This document shows positions 20,182-30,240 of a stretch of 64,000 bases of DNA, piece by piece. Origin of the DNA: Bacteroidota bacterium (GTDB lineage: Bacteria; Bacteroidota; Bacteroidia; Bacteroidales; CAIWKO01); contig JBAXND010000006.1 in NCBI GenBank assembly GCA_037133915.1, positions 31,832 through 95,831 on the forward strand, in the 5' to 3' direction. The notes below the pieces were generated by a model, which saw only the letters and a list, made by a program, of their open reading frames with translations, ran no database searches and was not told where the DNA came from. Every line of letters begins with the position of its first letter. Position 1 is the first letter of the stretch. A program made the position numbers and the translations under genes.

Positions 20182-20406
20182 TGAATTGTCATTTAATTAC
20201 TTAGAACTAAAAAGCAGGAGCTATAAGCTCTGATGGTGAATATCAGTACCGTTGGACCCACTCATTTTCAAAACTTCAAATGTTTATAATGCGAATTGAG
20301 CCGCCCGGCTATTGGTACAATCGTCCAAAATTAAGTCACATCGCCCGATGCACACATTGCGATGATATTTAGATACTAACACGGTTTTGTTAATACTGTA
20401 TGTTGT

Positions 20407-21171
20407 TCAGAAGTCTATTTCGAGGAGCGCAGGACAGTGGTCGGAGTGTTTTGCTTCGGGAAGTATGGCGGCTCTCATCAATCGTTTTTCGAGCGGCAGA
20501 CTCGCCATGTTATAGTCGATACGCCAGCCCAGATTCTTACCACGTGATCCGGCTCTGAAACTCCACCAGGTGTAATTGTGCGGCTGGTCGTTGAAATGAC
20601 GGAAGGTATCAATAAATCCACTGTCGGTAAAACGCGTCATCCATTCACGTTCTTCGGGTAAAAATCCGCTGCTGTTGGCATTACGAACGGGGTCATGAAT
20701 ATCAATAGGTTTGTGACAGATGTTATAGTCGCCGGAAATGATGAGGTTCGGACGTTCTTTTTTAAGTTCATTCGCCCAACGGTGAAAGTCTTCGAGCCAC
20801 TGCATTTTGAAAGCCTGGCGCAGCTCACCACTGGTGCCTGATGGATGATATACACTGATAACGGTAAGGTCGCCATAATCGGCACGAATCACGCGTCCTT
20901 CATCATCGTATTTGCTGATTCCCATACCGGCGGTTACATTATCGGGCTCACGTTTGGTGAGGATGGCAACACCGCTGTATCCTTTTTTTATTGCAGAGAA
21001 CCAGTATGTGCGGTATCCGGCATCTTCAAAATCAAACAGCGGAACCTGCTCAGGCTGCGCCTTGGTTTCCTGCAGGCATACTACATCGGGATTTGTGGCT
21101 GTGAGCCATTCAATAAAACCTTTTGAAAGCGCTGCACGGATGCCGTTGACGTTATAGGTTATAATTTTCAT
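20407..21171 (-). CDS. xth: Exodeoxyribonuclease III
   Basis: MKIITYNVNGIRA, CLQETK, GDYN, and a WRIDY...SDHCP ending. Confidence 0.9.
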   Translation of the reverse strand: MKIITYNVNGIRAALSKGFIEWLTATNPDVVCLQETKAQPEQVPLFDFEDAGYRTYWFSAIKKGYSGVAILTKREPDNVTAGMGISKYDDEGRVIRADYGDLTVISVYHPSGTSGELRQAFKMQWLEDFHRWANELKKERPNLIISGDYNICHKPIDIHDPVRNANSSGFLPEEREWMTRFTDSGFIDTFRHFNDQPHNYTWWSFRAGSRGKNLGWRIDYNMASLPLEKRLMRAAILPEAKHSDHCPALLEIDF

Positions 21172-21194
21172 AAAAGTTTAATTGATATGGTTTT

Positions 21195-22298
21195 TCATTT
21201 TTTCCCGTTCAGGGCATAATACTCATCGAGCAGCTGCTGTGCCGCAATATAAGAACTGATGCGGTGTTCGCGGATATCCAGCAGAACCTTTTGCAGCATG
21301 TTCTTAATATCTTTATCGTTAAAGAAATCATTCCGTAACCGGCCTTCAATGGTGTCGTACATGCGCACTTCGGCCTGTTCGAGTCGCTTGCTTTCAAAAT
21401 AGCCGTTCATCCTTGTAAAACTACAGTAATCTTCTATCTTCTTCCATGCTTCTTTGATTCCCGAACGGTCAATCGCAGAACACAACGCTACTTTGGGTCT
21501 GAGACCTGATGGCGGAAGCGGGAACAGGTTCAGCGCACGTTCGTATTCTGAACGGGCCAGCATTGCTTTTTTCAGATTGCTGCCATCAGCTTTGTTGATA
21601 ACAATGCCATCAGCCATTTCCATAATGCCGCGTTTGATGCCCTGTAGTTCATCGCCGGCTCCGGCAAGCATCATGAGCAGGAAGAAATCGACCATGGAGT
21701 GAACGGCCGTTTCTGATTGACCAACGCCGACCGTTTCAATAAAAATAGTGTTGAAACCTGCGGCTTCACAAAGCACCACCGTTTCCCAGGTCTTGCGTGC
21801 CACACCCCCTAAAGTTCCTGCCGAAGGCGAAGGGCGAATAAAAGCATTGGGGTCGGTTGCCAGATCTTCCATGCGCGTTTTATCTCCAAGTATGCTGCCT
21901 TTGCTGCGGCTGCTGCTCGGGTCAATGGCAAGTACGGCAAGCTTGTGACCTCTGGAAGTAAGCCAAGTGCCCAAGGCTTCAATAAAAGTACTTTTACCTA
22001 CACCGGGGACTCCGGTAATTCCAATTCTTAATGATTTCCCCGAAAAGGGCAAACATTTTTCAATCAATGCCTGTGCCATAAGCTGATGGTCGGAACGTGC
22101 GCTTTCGGCCAATGTTATGGCTTTGCTAAGGAGCATGCGGTTTCCTGAACGGATACCATTGAATAAATCATCAATATTCAGCGGCTCATTCTTTTTCCCT
22201 TGCATGCGTATAACGGCTTCATCGTTTAGTTGCGATGGCTGCGCTACTCCGGGGAGCACCTTCAGTGCGGAAGCTTGTTGTTTAGGTTTACGGGGCAT
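21195..22298 (-). CDS. meaB: Methylmalonyl-CoA mutase-associated GTPase MeaB/ArgK
   Basis: GITGVPGVGKST, ETVGVGQSE and INKADG motifs. Confidence 0.9.
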   Translation of the reverse strand: MPRKPKQQASALKVLPGVAQPSQLNDEAVIRMQGKKNEPLNIDDLFNGIRSGNRMLLSKAITLAESARSDHQLMAQALIEKCLPFSGKSLRIGITGVPGVGKSTFIEALGTWLTSRGHKLAVLAIDPSSSRSKGSILGDKTRMEDLATDPNAFIRPSPSAGTLGGVARKTWETVVLCEAAGFNTIFIETVGVGQSETAVHSMVDFFLLMMLAGAGDELQGIKRGIMEMADGIVINKADGSNLKKAMLARSEYERALNLFPLPPSGLRPKVALCSAIDRSGIKEAWKKIEDYCSFTRMNGYFESKRLEQAEVRMYDTIEGRLRNDFFNDKDIKNMLQKVLLDIREHRISSYIAAQQLLDEYYALNGKK

Positions 22299-22321
22299 CG
22301 GGGCATCGTTATTATCTGTAA

Positions 22322-22329
22322 CAAAGATA
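22322..22329 (-). promoter_or_regulatory. -7 box TATCTTTG for meaB
   Basis: The reverse complement of caaagata, 24 nt upstream of the ATG at 22298. Confidence 0.4.
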
Positions 22330-22424
22330 GTAATAATTCGGGCGAGCCTATTTCATCATAAGAGCGGATTTTTTCTCAACTTTCAACATCCACTTTTCTA
22401 TCGTCACTCTAAAGATTTGAAATA

Positions 22425-23207
22425 TCACAGTATTGCTGAAAAGATATCTTTGAAATTGATAATACCGAGCAGTTGCAAAGAAGTAATAATAATTACGGCG
22501 ACAATGACCCAGCGAATAAAATTCGCGCCCTTGTTCACTGCAAAATGCGATGCGAGCCATGCCCCACCAACATTTCCGATGGAGATTATCAGACCGTATT
22601 GATAATTCACCTGCCCGTTGAACATGAAAACCACCAGCGCGAAGGGAGCATAGGCAAGCACAATAAGATTCTTGATGGCATTGGCTTTTACGAGGTCGTA
22701 TCCGCCCGACATTACCAGGAATGCGATAAGAAAAAAGCCAACCCCCATGTGAATGAAACCGCCGTAAAATCCAATCAGAAAAAAAACAACAAGCTGAAAA
22801 ACCGAGATTCTTTTTTCGATGAGGTCGGGTCTGCTTTTGAGCCAGCGTTCAGGTTTATACAGGATAAAGAACAGCATCATAATCATCACCAGAGCAATTA
22901 CCTTCTGCATCATGGATTCTTCGAAATGTGCGGCTATCATGGCGCCCAGCACCGAGCCCAATACAGTTGGCACAGAGAAACCAAGTCCTTTCCGGGTGTC
23001 GAGCAATTTTTGCTTACGGAAACTGATAACAGCCACAAGTGTCTGAAATACTACGGCTACGCGGTTTGTGCCGTTTGCAACCGTTGCCGGAAGACCCAGA
23101 AACAATAGCAATGAAACAGTGATGATGGTGCCGCCACCCGCAAGTGTATTGATGAAACCTACCAGGAATCCCGAAACAATCAGTGCAACAATCTCTGCCC
23201 AGTTCAT
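22425..23207 (-). CDS. TauE/SafE family sulfite-exporter-like membrane protein
   Basis: Eight hydrophobic helices and the GFINTLAGGGT motif. The start at 23207 was chosen because a -7 box covers the longer ORF start. Confidence 0.8.
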   Translation of the reverse strand: MNWAEIVALIVSGFLVGFINTLAGGGTIITVSLLLFLGLPATVANGTNRVAVVFQTLVAVISFRKQKLLDTRKGLGFSVPTVLGSVLGAMIAAHFEESMMQKVIALVMIMMLFFILYKPERWLKSRPDLIEKRISVFQLVVFFLIGFYGGFIHMGVGFFLIAFLVMSGGYDLVKANAIKNLIVLAYAPFALVVFMFNGQVNYQYGLIISIGNVGGAWLASHFAVNKGANFIRWVIVAVIIITSLQLLGIINFKDIFSAIL

Positions 23208-23225
23208 ACACAATAATTGAGAGTG

Positions 23226-23233
23226 CAAAGGTA
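23226..23233 (-). promoter_or_regulatory. -7 box TACCTTTG for the TauE-family gene
   Basis: The reverse complement of caaaggta, 19 nt upstream of the ATG at 23207. Confidence 0.4.
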
Positions 23234-23366
23234 GAGAATACCGAAACGTAGACCGAAAAATTGTGCTATAACAGCTACACTATCGGCATTAAATCATCTT
23301 TTGAAGGAGTAATTCATAGAAAGTAACGGTATAACTTCTGTTGTCCGGATTCTGCGGTTTGCGCTG

Positions 23367-24404
23367 TTACCCTTTTTTTAACGTAAACGTGAAAGTGGTT
23401 CCCCTGCCGGGCGAACTTTTTACATTGATAGCCTGCTTGTGCGCTTCAATGATGTGTTTAACGATAGCTAATCCAAGCCCGGTGCCTTTTTTCTCGCGGC
23501 TTCGCCCCTGGCTCGTTCTGAAGAAACGTTCGAAAACCCTGGGAATATCCTCTTCGTTAATTCCCATACCGTTGTCTTCTATTTCGGTCAGGACATTCTG
23601 GTCCATATCGTAAAAACTGATCAGGGTGCGGCCATTCTGCATTCCATACTTAATGGAGTTCTCGACGAGGTTGGCCATTACGTGACGAATGCGCTCTTTA
23701 TCGGCACTCACCATGACAGGTGTCGCGCTGTTTATCACCAGGCTAATCGAACGCTCACGGGCATTCATCTCATAAAAATCAACAATTTCGCGTGTAAGCG
23801 CCACCAGATCGAATTTCTGATACTGAAGTTTAAGCACACCCGATTCAAGCTTGGAAATAGTCTCCAGATCGTTGATGATGGCAACCATACGGTCGATATT
23901 CAATTCGGTACGCAGCAGGTATTCACGATTGATGCTGGCATCTTCCAATCCACCTTCGAGTAGTGTAAGCACATAACCCTGAATGTTGAAAATCGGCGTT
24001 TTCAGCTCGTGCGAAACACTTCCGAGAAAATCACGGCGGTATTTTTCAAGCCTCCGCAAATCTTCTATTTCCTTATTCTGTGCATTCGCCCATTGTTCCA
24101 CATCTTTCTCAATCTCGCCGTACCAGTCACCTTCAATCACTTTTTTACTGGGTGCATCCTTGGTTACCATGAGGTCGTGAATAGTACGATAGATAACTTT
24201 AATGCGGTTGTAAATAAACTTTTTCAACGACCACCGCAGCAAAATAAATGAGAACACAAAAACGCAAACAGCAATAACCATCAAACCCAACCATTCAATA
24301 TTTCCGTTAACGTACAGGCCGAGAATAATATTGATACAAACCACAAATAAAGTGATGAGAAGCGAAAGATTGAACGCAATAATGATTGGATGGTTCTTCT
24401 TCAT
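23367..24404 (-). CDS. Sensor histidine kinase (two TM helices, HisKA + HATPase_c)
   Basis: H-box FLGSVSHELKTP, N-box NLVENSIKY, and the G-boxes DNGMGI and GTGLGLAIV. Confidence 0.9.
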   Translation of the reverse strand: MKKNHPIIIAFNLSLLITLFVVCINIILGLYVNGNIEWLGLMVIAVCVFVFSFILLRWSLKKFIYNRIKVIYRTIHDLMVTKDAPSKKVIEGDWYGEIEKDVEQWANAQNKEIEDLRRLEKYRRDFLGSVSHELKTPIFNIQGYVLTLLEGGLEDASINREYLLRTELNIDRMVAIINDLETISKLESGVLKLQYQKFDLVALTREIVDFYEMNARERSISLVINSATPVMVSADKERIRHVMANLVENSIKYGMQNGRTLISFYDMDQNVLTEIEDNGMGINEEDIPRVFERFFRTSQGRSREKKGTGLGLAIVKHIIEAHKQAINVKSSPGRGTTFTFTLKKG

Positions 24405-24410
24405 AAAAAT

Positions 24411-25097
24411 TTATAATTCAAATTTGTATCCCACGCCTTTCACAGTTACAATGCGTGAAATGCCTGATAATTCTCGCAGCTTACGAATATGAACATCAAT
24501 TGTGCGGTCGCCCACTATAACCTTGTTTCCCCAAATAATATGAAAAATTTCCTCCCTTGAAAACACTTTTCCGGGCTTTGAGGTAAGCAGCAATAATAGT
24601 TCAAACTCTTTGCGCGGAAGCACAATTTCCCTCCCACGGTGTATAATGATGTAGCGTTCGCGGTCAATCACCAGCTCACCCAGTGTGATGCGGTTATTGT
24701 TCACGTCATCCGTACTATTTACAACACGGCGGAACATTGCTTTAACTTTACTCAGCAGTACCGCCGGCTTCACCGTTTTATTGATGTAATCGTCGGCACC
24801 TGATTCCAATCCTTCTATTTGTTTGTAATCTTCGCTGCGTGCCGTCAAAAACATAATAAGTATTTTGCTGAGCGACGGCTCCCTGCGCATCAGCCTGCAT
24901 GCTTCGATACCATCCATGCGGGGCATCATGATATCGAGTATTACTAATTGTGGTAGTATTTCTTTGGCTTTTTCGAATGCGTCAAGCCCGTCTTTGGCCG
25001 TATGCACGGTATAGCCTTCGCGACGGAGATTGTATCCCAGAAATTCAAGAATATCATCTTCGTCGTCTACCAACAGTATACTGCCGTTTTGTTCCAT
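24411..25097 (-). CDS. OmpR/PhoB-family response regulator
   Basis: Receiver domain (ILLVDDEDD, ILDIMMP) plus a winged-helix C-terminus (VKGVGYKF). Confidence 0.9.
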   Translation of the reverse strand: MEQNGSILLVDDEDDILEFLGYNLRREGYTVHTAKDGLDAFEKAKEILPQLVILDIMMPRMDGIEACRLMRREPSLSKILIMFLTARSEDYKQIEGLESGADDYINKTVKPAVLLSKVKAMFRRVVNSTDDVNNNRITLGELVIDRERYIIIHRGREIVLPRKEFELLLLLTSKPGKVFSREEIFHIIWGNKVIVGDRTIDVHIRKLRELSGISRIVTVKGVGYKFEL

Positions 25098-25103
25098 CCG
25101 GTA

Positions 25104-25694
25104 TTATTTTTTGACACGCTCAATCATATTTACCGCTTGCTGCCCGGCCTCTTTCATTCTTCGGCCAAGCGACACAAATCCATGATTTTTCAAAATAAAA
25201 AAGTCGGAATTCACAAGCCTGCCAATGCTTTCTGCAAGTTCAACAGAGCCGTATGGAGCCTCTTTGTCTGTTACCGGAATACCGAGAGTAGCAGCGCTCT
25301 CCATCAGTTCCGTACAGTGACCATGAAACACAGCGTTAACATCGGGGCGCTGACTGTAAATCGTATAATGAAGCATGCTTTCCGACGAAGGTTCGCGAAG
25401 GCCGTTCACCATCACCTTGTTCTGAAAAGTCTGACACGCGGTCACTTCCACAAATGATTCATTACACAAAGCATCCTTAAGCCCTATCGCTGTGCCTGTA
25501 ATTATAAAACTGTTACTTCCTGTACGGAAGCTGAGGTTTCCGTACGAACCGCCCGGATATGGCGGTGCAAGCCCCTTTTCATCGAACAGCTGACACCACA
25601 TCCTGAGGTCGTCAAGCAAACGATGCTGCAGTGTAATCCTGTTACGGAAAACGGTTGTGAATTTAACACCTGTGTATTGTTCTCCCGACATCAT
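25104..25694 (-). CDS. Class II aldolase/adducin-family protein (MtnB-like dehydratase or Ald2-like aldolase)
   Basis: EPSSESMLHYTIY and AVFHGH metal-ligand region; lies immediately downstream of mtnA. Confidence 0.7.
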   Translation of the reverse strand: MMSGEQYTGVKFTTVFRNRITLQHRLLDDLRMWCQLFDEKGLAPPYPGGSYGNLSFRTGSNSFIITGTAIGLKDALCNESFVEVTACQTFQNKVMVNGLREPSSESMLHYTIYSQRPDVNAVFHGHCTELMESAATLGIPVTDKEAPYGSVELAESIGRLVNSDFFILKNHGFVSLGRRMKEAGQQAVNMIERVKK

Positions 25695-25740
25695 GAAAAT
25701 ATTCCCGGCGAATATAAGGAAATTCTTAAAAACAGCCGGA

Positions 25741-26793
25741 CTAAGCGATATTCAGCGCGGCAATTGCTTCGACCGTAGGTTCAATGATGCCTTTCTCGGT
25801 AATGATTTTTGTGATGAATTTTGCAGGAGTTACGTCGAAGGCAGGATTGCATGCCCCCGAACCGGGTGAGCAAACCAGTATTTCTTGCATGTTTCCGTTT
25901 CGGTCAGGACCAGTTTGATAGAGCACTTCATTCTCTGTGCGCTCCTCAATAGGAATGTTTTTTCCGTTGTTACAATTCATATCAAATGTTGAAGTCGGAG
26001 CGGCTACATAAAATGGAATTCCGTATTCCTTTGCAGCTATAGCCTTTTCAAGCGTCCCTATTTTATTTGCCGTATCACCGTTTGCGGCAATGCGGTCGGC
26101 GCCAACAATCATCATATCTATTTTCCCTTGCGACATAAGCCACGCACCGGCATTATCGGGAATGATTTGATGCGGGATGTTCTCATTCTTCAGTTCCCAT
26201 GCGGTAAGTCTTGCACCCTGACTGCGTGGCCGCGTTTCGTCGGCATACACAAAAATATTTTTGCCTTCTGCCGCAGCAATATATACAGGTGACAGCGCGG
26301 TTCCGTAATCGGCAAATGCCAACCAGCCTGCATTGCAATGTGTTTCAATCCTGTAACCATCTTTTATCAGCGTATTGCCAAAGTGCCCGATTGCACGGCT
26401 TGAGGCAACATCCTCGTTGCCCAGTAATTCAGCCTCTTTTATGGCAGCAGCAAGACTTTCCATTCCGGCGGCGTACACACGGTCAACCGCATAGAACAAA
26501 TTACGCGCAGTAGGACGTGTGGCTTCAATTTCAGCTTTAGCGTTGCGGAGAAAATCATCGAATCCAACAGCCGGGGCTTCCATGAATGCCTGTGCCATGG
26601 CATAACCGGCTGTAACTCCAATCGCACCTGCTCCACGAACAATCATGGTCTTGATGGCCATGCAGGTTTCTTTATAACTGCGAGATTCAAAAATTCTGAA
26701 TTCAAATGGAAGCAGGTTCTGCTCTATCATCATAACGGTATTTCCTTCGAGCCAAACCGTTCTGTAATCCTTACCGTTAACTTTCATAAACAA
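25741..26793 (-). CDS. mtnA: S-methyl-5-thioribose-1-phosphate isomerase
   Basis: eIF-2B-like family. Motifs include LLPFEF, MIVRGAGAIG, TRPTA, NAGWLA, ADETRP, GADRIAANGD and the NPAFDVTP ending. Confidence 0.9.
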   Translation of the reverse strand: MFMKVNGKDYRTVWLEGNTVMMIEQNLLPFEFRIFESRSYKETCMAIKTMIVRGAGAIGVTAGYAMAQAFMEAPAVGFDDFLRNAKAEIEATRPTARNLFYAVDRVYAAGMESLAAAIKEAELLGNEDVASSRAIGHFGNTLIKDGYRIETHCNAGWLAFADYGTALSPVYIAAAEGKNIFVYADETRPRSQGARLTAWELKNENIPHQIIPDNAGAWLMSQGKIDMMIVGADRIAANGDTANKIGTLEKAIAAKEYGIPFYVAAPTSTFDMNCNNGKNIPIEERTENEVLYQTGPDRNGNMQEILVCSPGSGACNPAFDVTPAKFITKIITEKGIIEPTVEAIAALNIA

Positions 26794-26859
26794 ATATTTT
26801 TGTTTTCATCTCCACACTATTCTGTTTTTTATCTTAAGTCTGTCGTCTTACGTCTTTCT

Positions 26860-27372
26860 TCAATCGTACCAGCTTGCGTACATCATGTAGTTATCGGAAA
26901 TGCGTTTTACCTGACCTTCCAGCAACTCTTTATTGATAGACTTTACTTTTTTTGCAGGAACACCGGCATACACACTGCCCGATTCAACGAGCGTACCTTC
27001 TAATACCACTGCACCTGCCGCAATTACACAGTTACTTTCTATAATTACGCCGTCCATTACAATGGCACCCATCCCGATGAGAACATTATCATGTATAGTA
27101 CAGCCATGAACCACCGCATTGTGCGCGATGCTCACATTATTGCCAATAGTTACAGGCGCTTTCAGGTATGTACAGTGAATGATGGCATTATCCTGAACAT
27201 TCACATTATTACCGATGCGAATGGAATGTACATCTCCGCGAACTACTGCATTGAACCAGAAACTGCAGCTGTCGCCGGTTATCACATCGCCTGTGATTGT
27301 AGCATTATCAGCCAGCCAGCAGCCTTTACCAAACTGCGGAGCGACTCCTTTTACCTTTTTTATCAATGCCAT
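26860..27372 (-). CDS. Gamma-carbonic-anhydrase-like hexapeptide-repeat protein
   Basis: Left-handed beta-helix repeats and the VRGDV...IRIGNNVNVQDNAIIH motif. Confidence 0.8.
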   Translation of the reverse strand: MALIKKVKGVAPQFGKGCWLADNATITGDVITGDSCSFWFNAVVRGDVHSIRIGNNVNVQDNAIIHCTYLKAPVTIGNNVSIAHNAVVHGCTIHDNVLIGMGAIVMDGVIIESNCVIAAGAVVLEGTLVESGSVYAGVPAKKVKSINKELLEGQVKRISDNYMMYASWYD

Positions 27373-27389
27373 ATTCTGTAATTAAAAAA

Positions 27390-28961
27390 TCAGGAATTGT
27401 TGAGTTTCGGATAATCAATTGAATAATGCAGCCCCCGGCTTTCCTTGCGGTTCATCGCCATTTTAATAATGAGATAGGCTACGTTTATCATGTTACGGAC
27501 TTCGCATATCCGCGATGTGAGTATTGACCGTTCGTAGAGTTCCTCAGTCTCTGTGTAGAGCAGATGTAGCCTGTCCATAGCGCGTTTCAGCCGGAGGTCG
27601 GAACGGACAATGCCCACATAATTACTCATAATCTCGCGCAGTTCTTTCAGTGTCTGGGTAATCAGAATCATTTCTTCATTCAGCACTGTTCCTTCGGCAT
27701 TCCAATCGGGGATTTCATTATTAATGCTTACAGATTCAAGAATTTCAATACCGCTGATGGCTGCACGATGCGAAAACACAAGGGATTCAAGCAGTGAGTT
27801 GGATGCAAGACGATTCGCGCCATGCAATCCTGTGCAGGCACATTCGCCCGTTGCATATAAATTACGAATGGAGCTGCGGCTGTATTCGTCAACCGCAACT
27901 CCGCCGCAGGTGTAGTGTGCCGCAGGAACTACGGGTATCATTTCTTTTGAAATATCGATGCCGATACTCAGGCATTTCGCATAAATCGTCGGGAAATGCT
28001 GTATCAGGTCATTCTTACGGATATGGCGGCAATCAAGACATACATGTTCATCGCCGCTGAGCTTCATCTCGGTGTCGATGGCGCGTGCAACAATATCACG
28101 GGGAGCAAGCGATTCGCGGGAATCGTATTTCTTCATGAACTCCTCGCCTTTTATTGTTTTGAGGATGCCTCCAAACCCCCGCATGGCTTCGGTTATCAGA
28201 AACGATGGACGTTCTTTCGGATTGTAAAGAGCTGTGGGATGGAATTGTATAAACTCCATATTGTCAACTTTTCCTTTTGCCCGGTAAACAAGCGCAATGC
28301 CGTCGCCGGTGCTCACTTCGGGATTTGTTGTATTGCTGTAAATATTTCCGGCGCCACCTGTAGCTATCAGTGTAATCTTTGAAAGTATCGTGTAAATCTT
28401 TGTCTCTTCGGGATTCAGCACGTATGCGCCATAGCAGGCAATATCATTGGTTCGCTTGTTTACAGGGATTCCCATATGATGCTGCGTAATAATATCTACG
28501 GCAAAATGTTTTTCAAGCACTTCAATGTTTGGATGCTTTTTAACCTGCTCTAATAGTACTTTCTCAATTTCTTTTCCTGTACTGTCTTTGCTGTGTAAAA
28601 CGCGGTGTTCAGAGTGACCGCCTTCTTTGGCAAGGTCAAACTGTCCAGACTCATTTTTATCAAATTGTGTTCCCCAGTCAATAAGCTCTTGTATGCGTTC
28701 CGTTGATTCATCAATCGTAATCTTCACGATGGCTTCGTTACACAATCCGGCTCCGGCGCTTATGGTATCGCGAATATGTTTCTCGTACGAATCAGGACTG
28801 TACATCACTGCCGCGATGCCACCCTGGGCATATCGTGTGGACGATTCTTCCGCATTGGATTTTGTAACTATAATAACCTTCCCGTGTTTCGCAACTTTCA
28901 GCGCGTAACTAAGTCCGGCAATGCCGGAGCCTAACACCAGGAAGTCTGTTATCCTTCTCAT
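27390..28961 (-). CDS. nadB: L-aspartate oxidase
   Basis: FAD-binding site DFLVLGSGIAGL, plus QGGIAA, HPT and GECACTGLHGANRLASNSLLE. Confidence 0.9.
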   Translation of the reverse strand: MRRITDFLVLGSGIAGLSYALKVAKHGKVIIVTKSNAEESSTRYAQGGIAAVMYSPDSYEKHIRDTISAGAGLCNEAIVKITIDESTERIQELIDWGTQFDKNESGQFDLAKEGGHSEHRVLHSKDSTGKEIEKVLLEQVKKHPNIEVLEKHFAVDIITQHHMGIPVNKRTNDIACYGAYVLNPEETKIYTILSKITLIATGGAGNIYSNTTNPEVSTGDGIALVYRAKGKVDNMEFIQFHPTALYNPKERPSFLITEAMRGFGGILKTIKGEEFMKKYDSRESLAPRDIVARAIDTEMKLSGDEHVCLDCRHIRKNDLIQHFPTIYAKCLSIGIDISKEMIPVVPAAHYTCGGVAVDEYSRSSIRNLYATGECACTGLHGANRLASNSLLESLVFSHRAAISGIEILESVSINNEIPDWNAEGTVLNEEMILITQTLKELREIMSNYVGIVRSDLRLKRAMDRLHLLYTETEELYERSILTSRICEVRNMINVAYLIIKMAMNRKESRGLHYSIDYPKLNNS

Positions 28962-28975
28962 TTCAATTGATTTTA

Positions 28976-30151
28976 TCAGCGTAATAGTTCTGTTAAATTT
29001 GATTCACCTCCAAATAATTTCTCTATCGGATCTTCAAGTATCTCTTTCATTTTTACAACAAATCCCACCGATTCCTTTCCATCAATAAGCCGGTGATCGT
29101 ACGACAGCGCGATGTACATCATCGGCAATATTTCAATAACACCATTCACCACCATAGCACGGTCGGTCACTTTGTGCATGCCGAGAATGGCTGTTTGCGG
29201 CGGATTGATAATTGGCGTTGACATCATCGATCCAAAAATGCCACCGTTGGTAATAGTAAAAGTGCCGGCAGCAAGGTCGTCAAGTGTGATACGGTTTGCC
29301 GCTGCACGCGCGGCAAAATCTTTGATTTGCACGTCAATATCGCGAACATTCAGTTTATCCGCATTCCTTACCAATGGAGTTATTAAGCCTTTCGGACTGC
29401 TTACGGCAATGTTGATGTCAACATATTTATGGTACACTATTTCTTCTCCGTCTATTCGTGCATTTACTGCCTGAAACCCTTGTAATGCAAGCGCAGCAGC
29501 CTTTGCAAATATAGCTGTATATCCGGGAACGGCTCCAAATTTTTCAATAAACCGTTGTCCGTAAAGAGTTTTAAACTCAGCAATTTTTTTCATGTTCACC
29601 TCATTAAACGTAGTGAGCATGGCCGTTTCATTCTTAACAGATACCAGCCTTTCAGCAATCTTTAACCGTAGTGGCGACATTTTTTTTCGTTCCGTTTCGC
29701 GACCCGGTTCTTCTAATTTATTTTCCTTTACAGGAGATAAAACATCTTTTTTAGTTATACGCTGCCCCGACGGTATGTTCTGAAATTTCCCGGTATCTAT
29801 TTTGTTTTCTGCTATTATTTTTTTTGCAAGCGGGCTTATGTGTATGTGTTTTTGTTCCGGGAGCACAGTTGCTGGTTGTGGCTTAACAGGAATGTCGGCA
29901 GTTATTGTTTCCGGAATCTCTGAACCGACCTCCATGGTGGCCACCACATCACCAACATTTACGGTGCTTCCTTCGTCAACAAGCAAGGTAATCCTGCCGG
30001 TAACAGGCGCGTAAAGGGCCATAGTCGCCTTATCCGATTCCACTTCGGCAATTTCGGCATCTTTTACCACCAACTCATTATTCTTAACGAGCCAGGCTGC
30101 AATTACAACCTGAGTGATGGATTCTCCGGGGCTGGGGATTTTTATTTCCAT
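28976..30151 (-). CDS. sucB: 2-oxoglutarate dehydrogenase E2 (dihydrolipoyllysine-residue succinyltransferase)
   Basis: Lipoyl domain (VESDKATM), a subunit-binding domain, and the catalytic DHRLIDG. Confidence 0.9.
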   Translation of the reverse strand: MEIKIPSPGESITQVVIAAWLVKNNELVVKDAEIAEVESDKATMALYAPVTGRITLLVDEGSTVNVGDVVATMEVGSEIPETITADIPVKPQPATVLPEQKHIHISPLAKKIIAENKIDTGKFQNIPSGQRITKKDVLSPVKENKLEEPGRETERKKMSPLRLKIAERLVSVKNETAMLTTFNEVNMKKIAEFKTLYGQRFIEKFGAVPGYTAIFAKAAALALQGFQAVNARIDGEEIVYHKYVDINIAVSSPKGLITPLVRNADKLNVRDIDVQIKDFAARAAANRITLDDLAAGTFTITNGGIFGSMMSTPIINPPQTAILGMHKVTDRAMVVNGVIEILPMMYIALSYDHRLIDGKESVGFVVKMKEILEDPIEKLFGGESNLTELLR

Positions 30152-30240
30152 GAAAATCGCTAAGCGTGGTTTGTGTTTTTCATGGTAACTTGTGTGAGCT
30201 TTTCATACAATTTACCATCAAATATTTATATTGACTTTAT

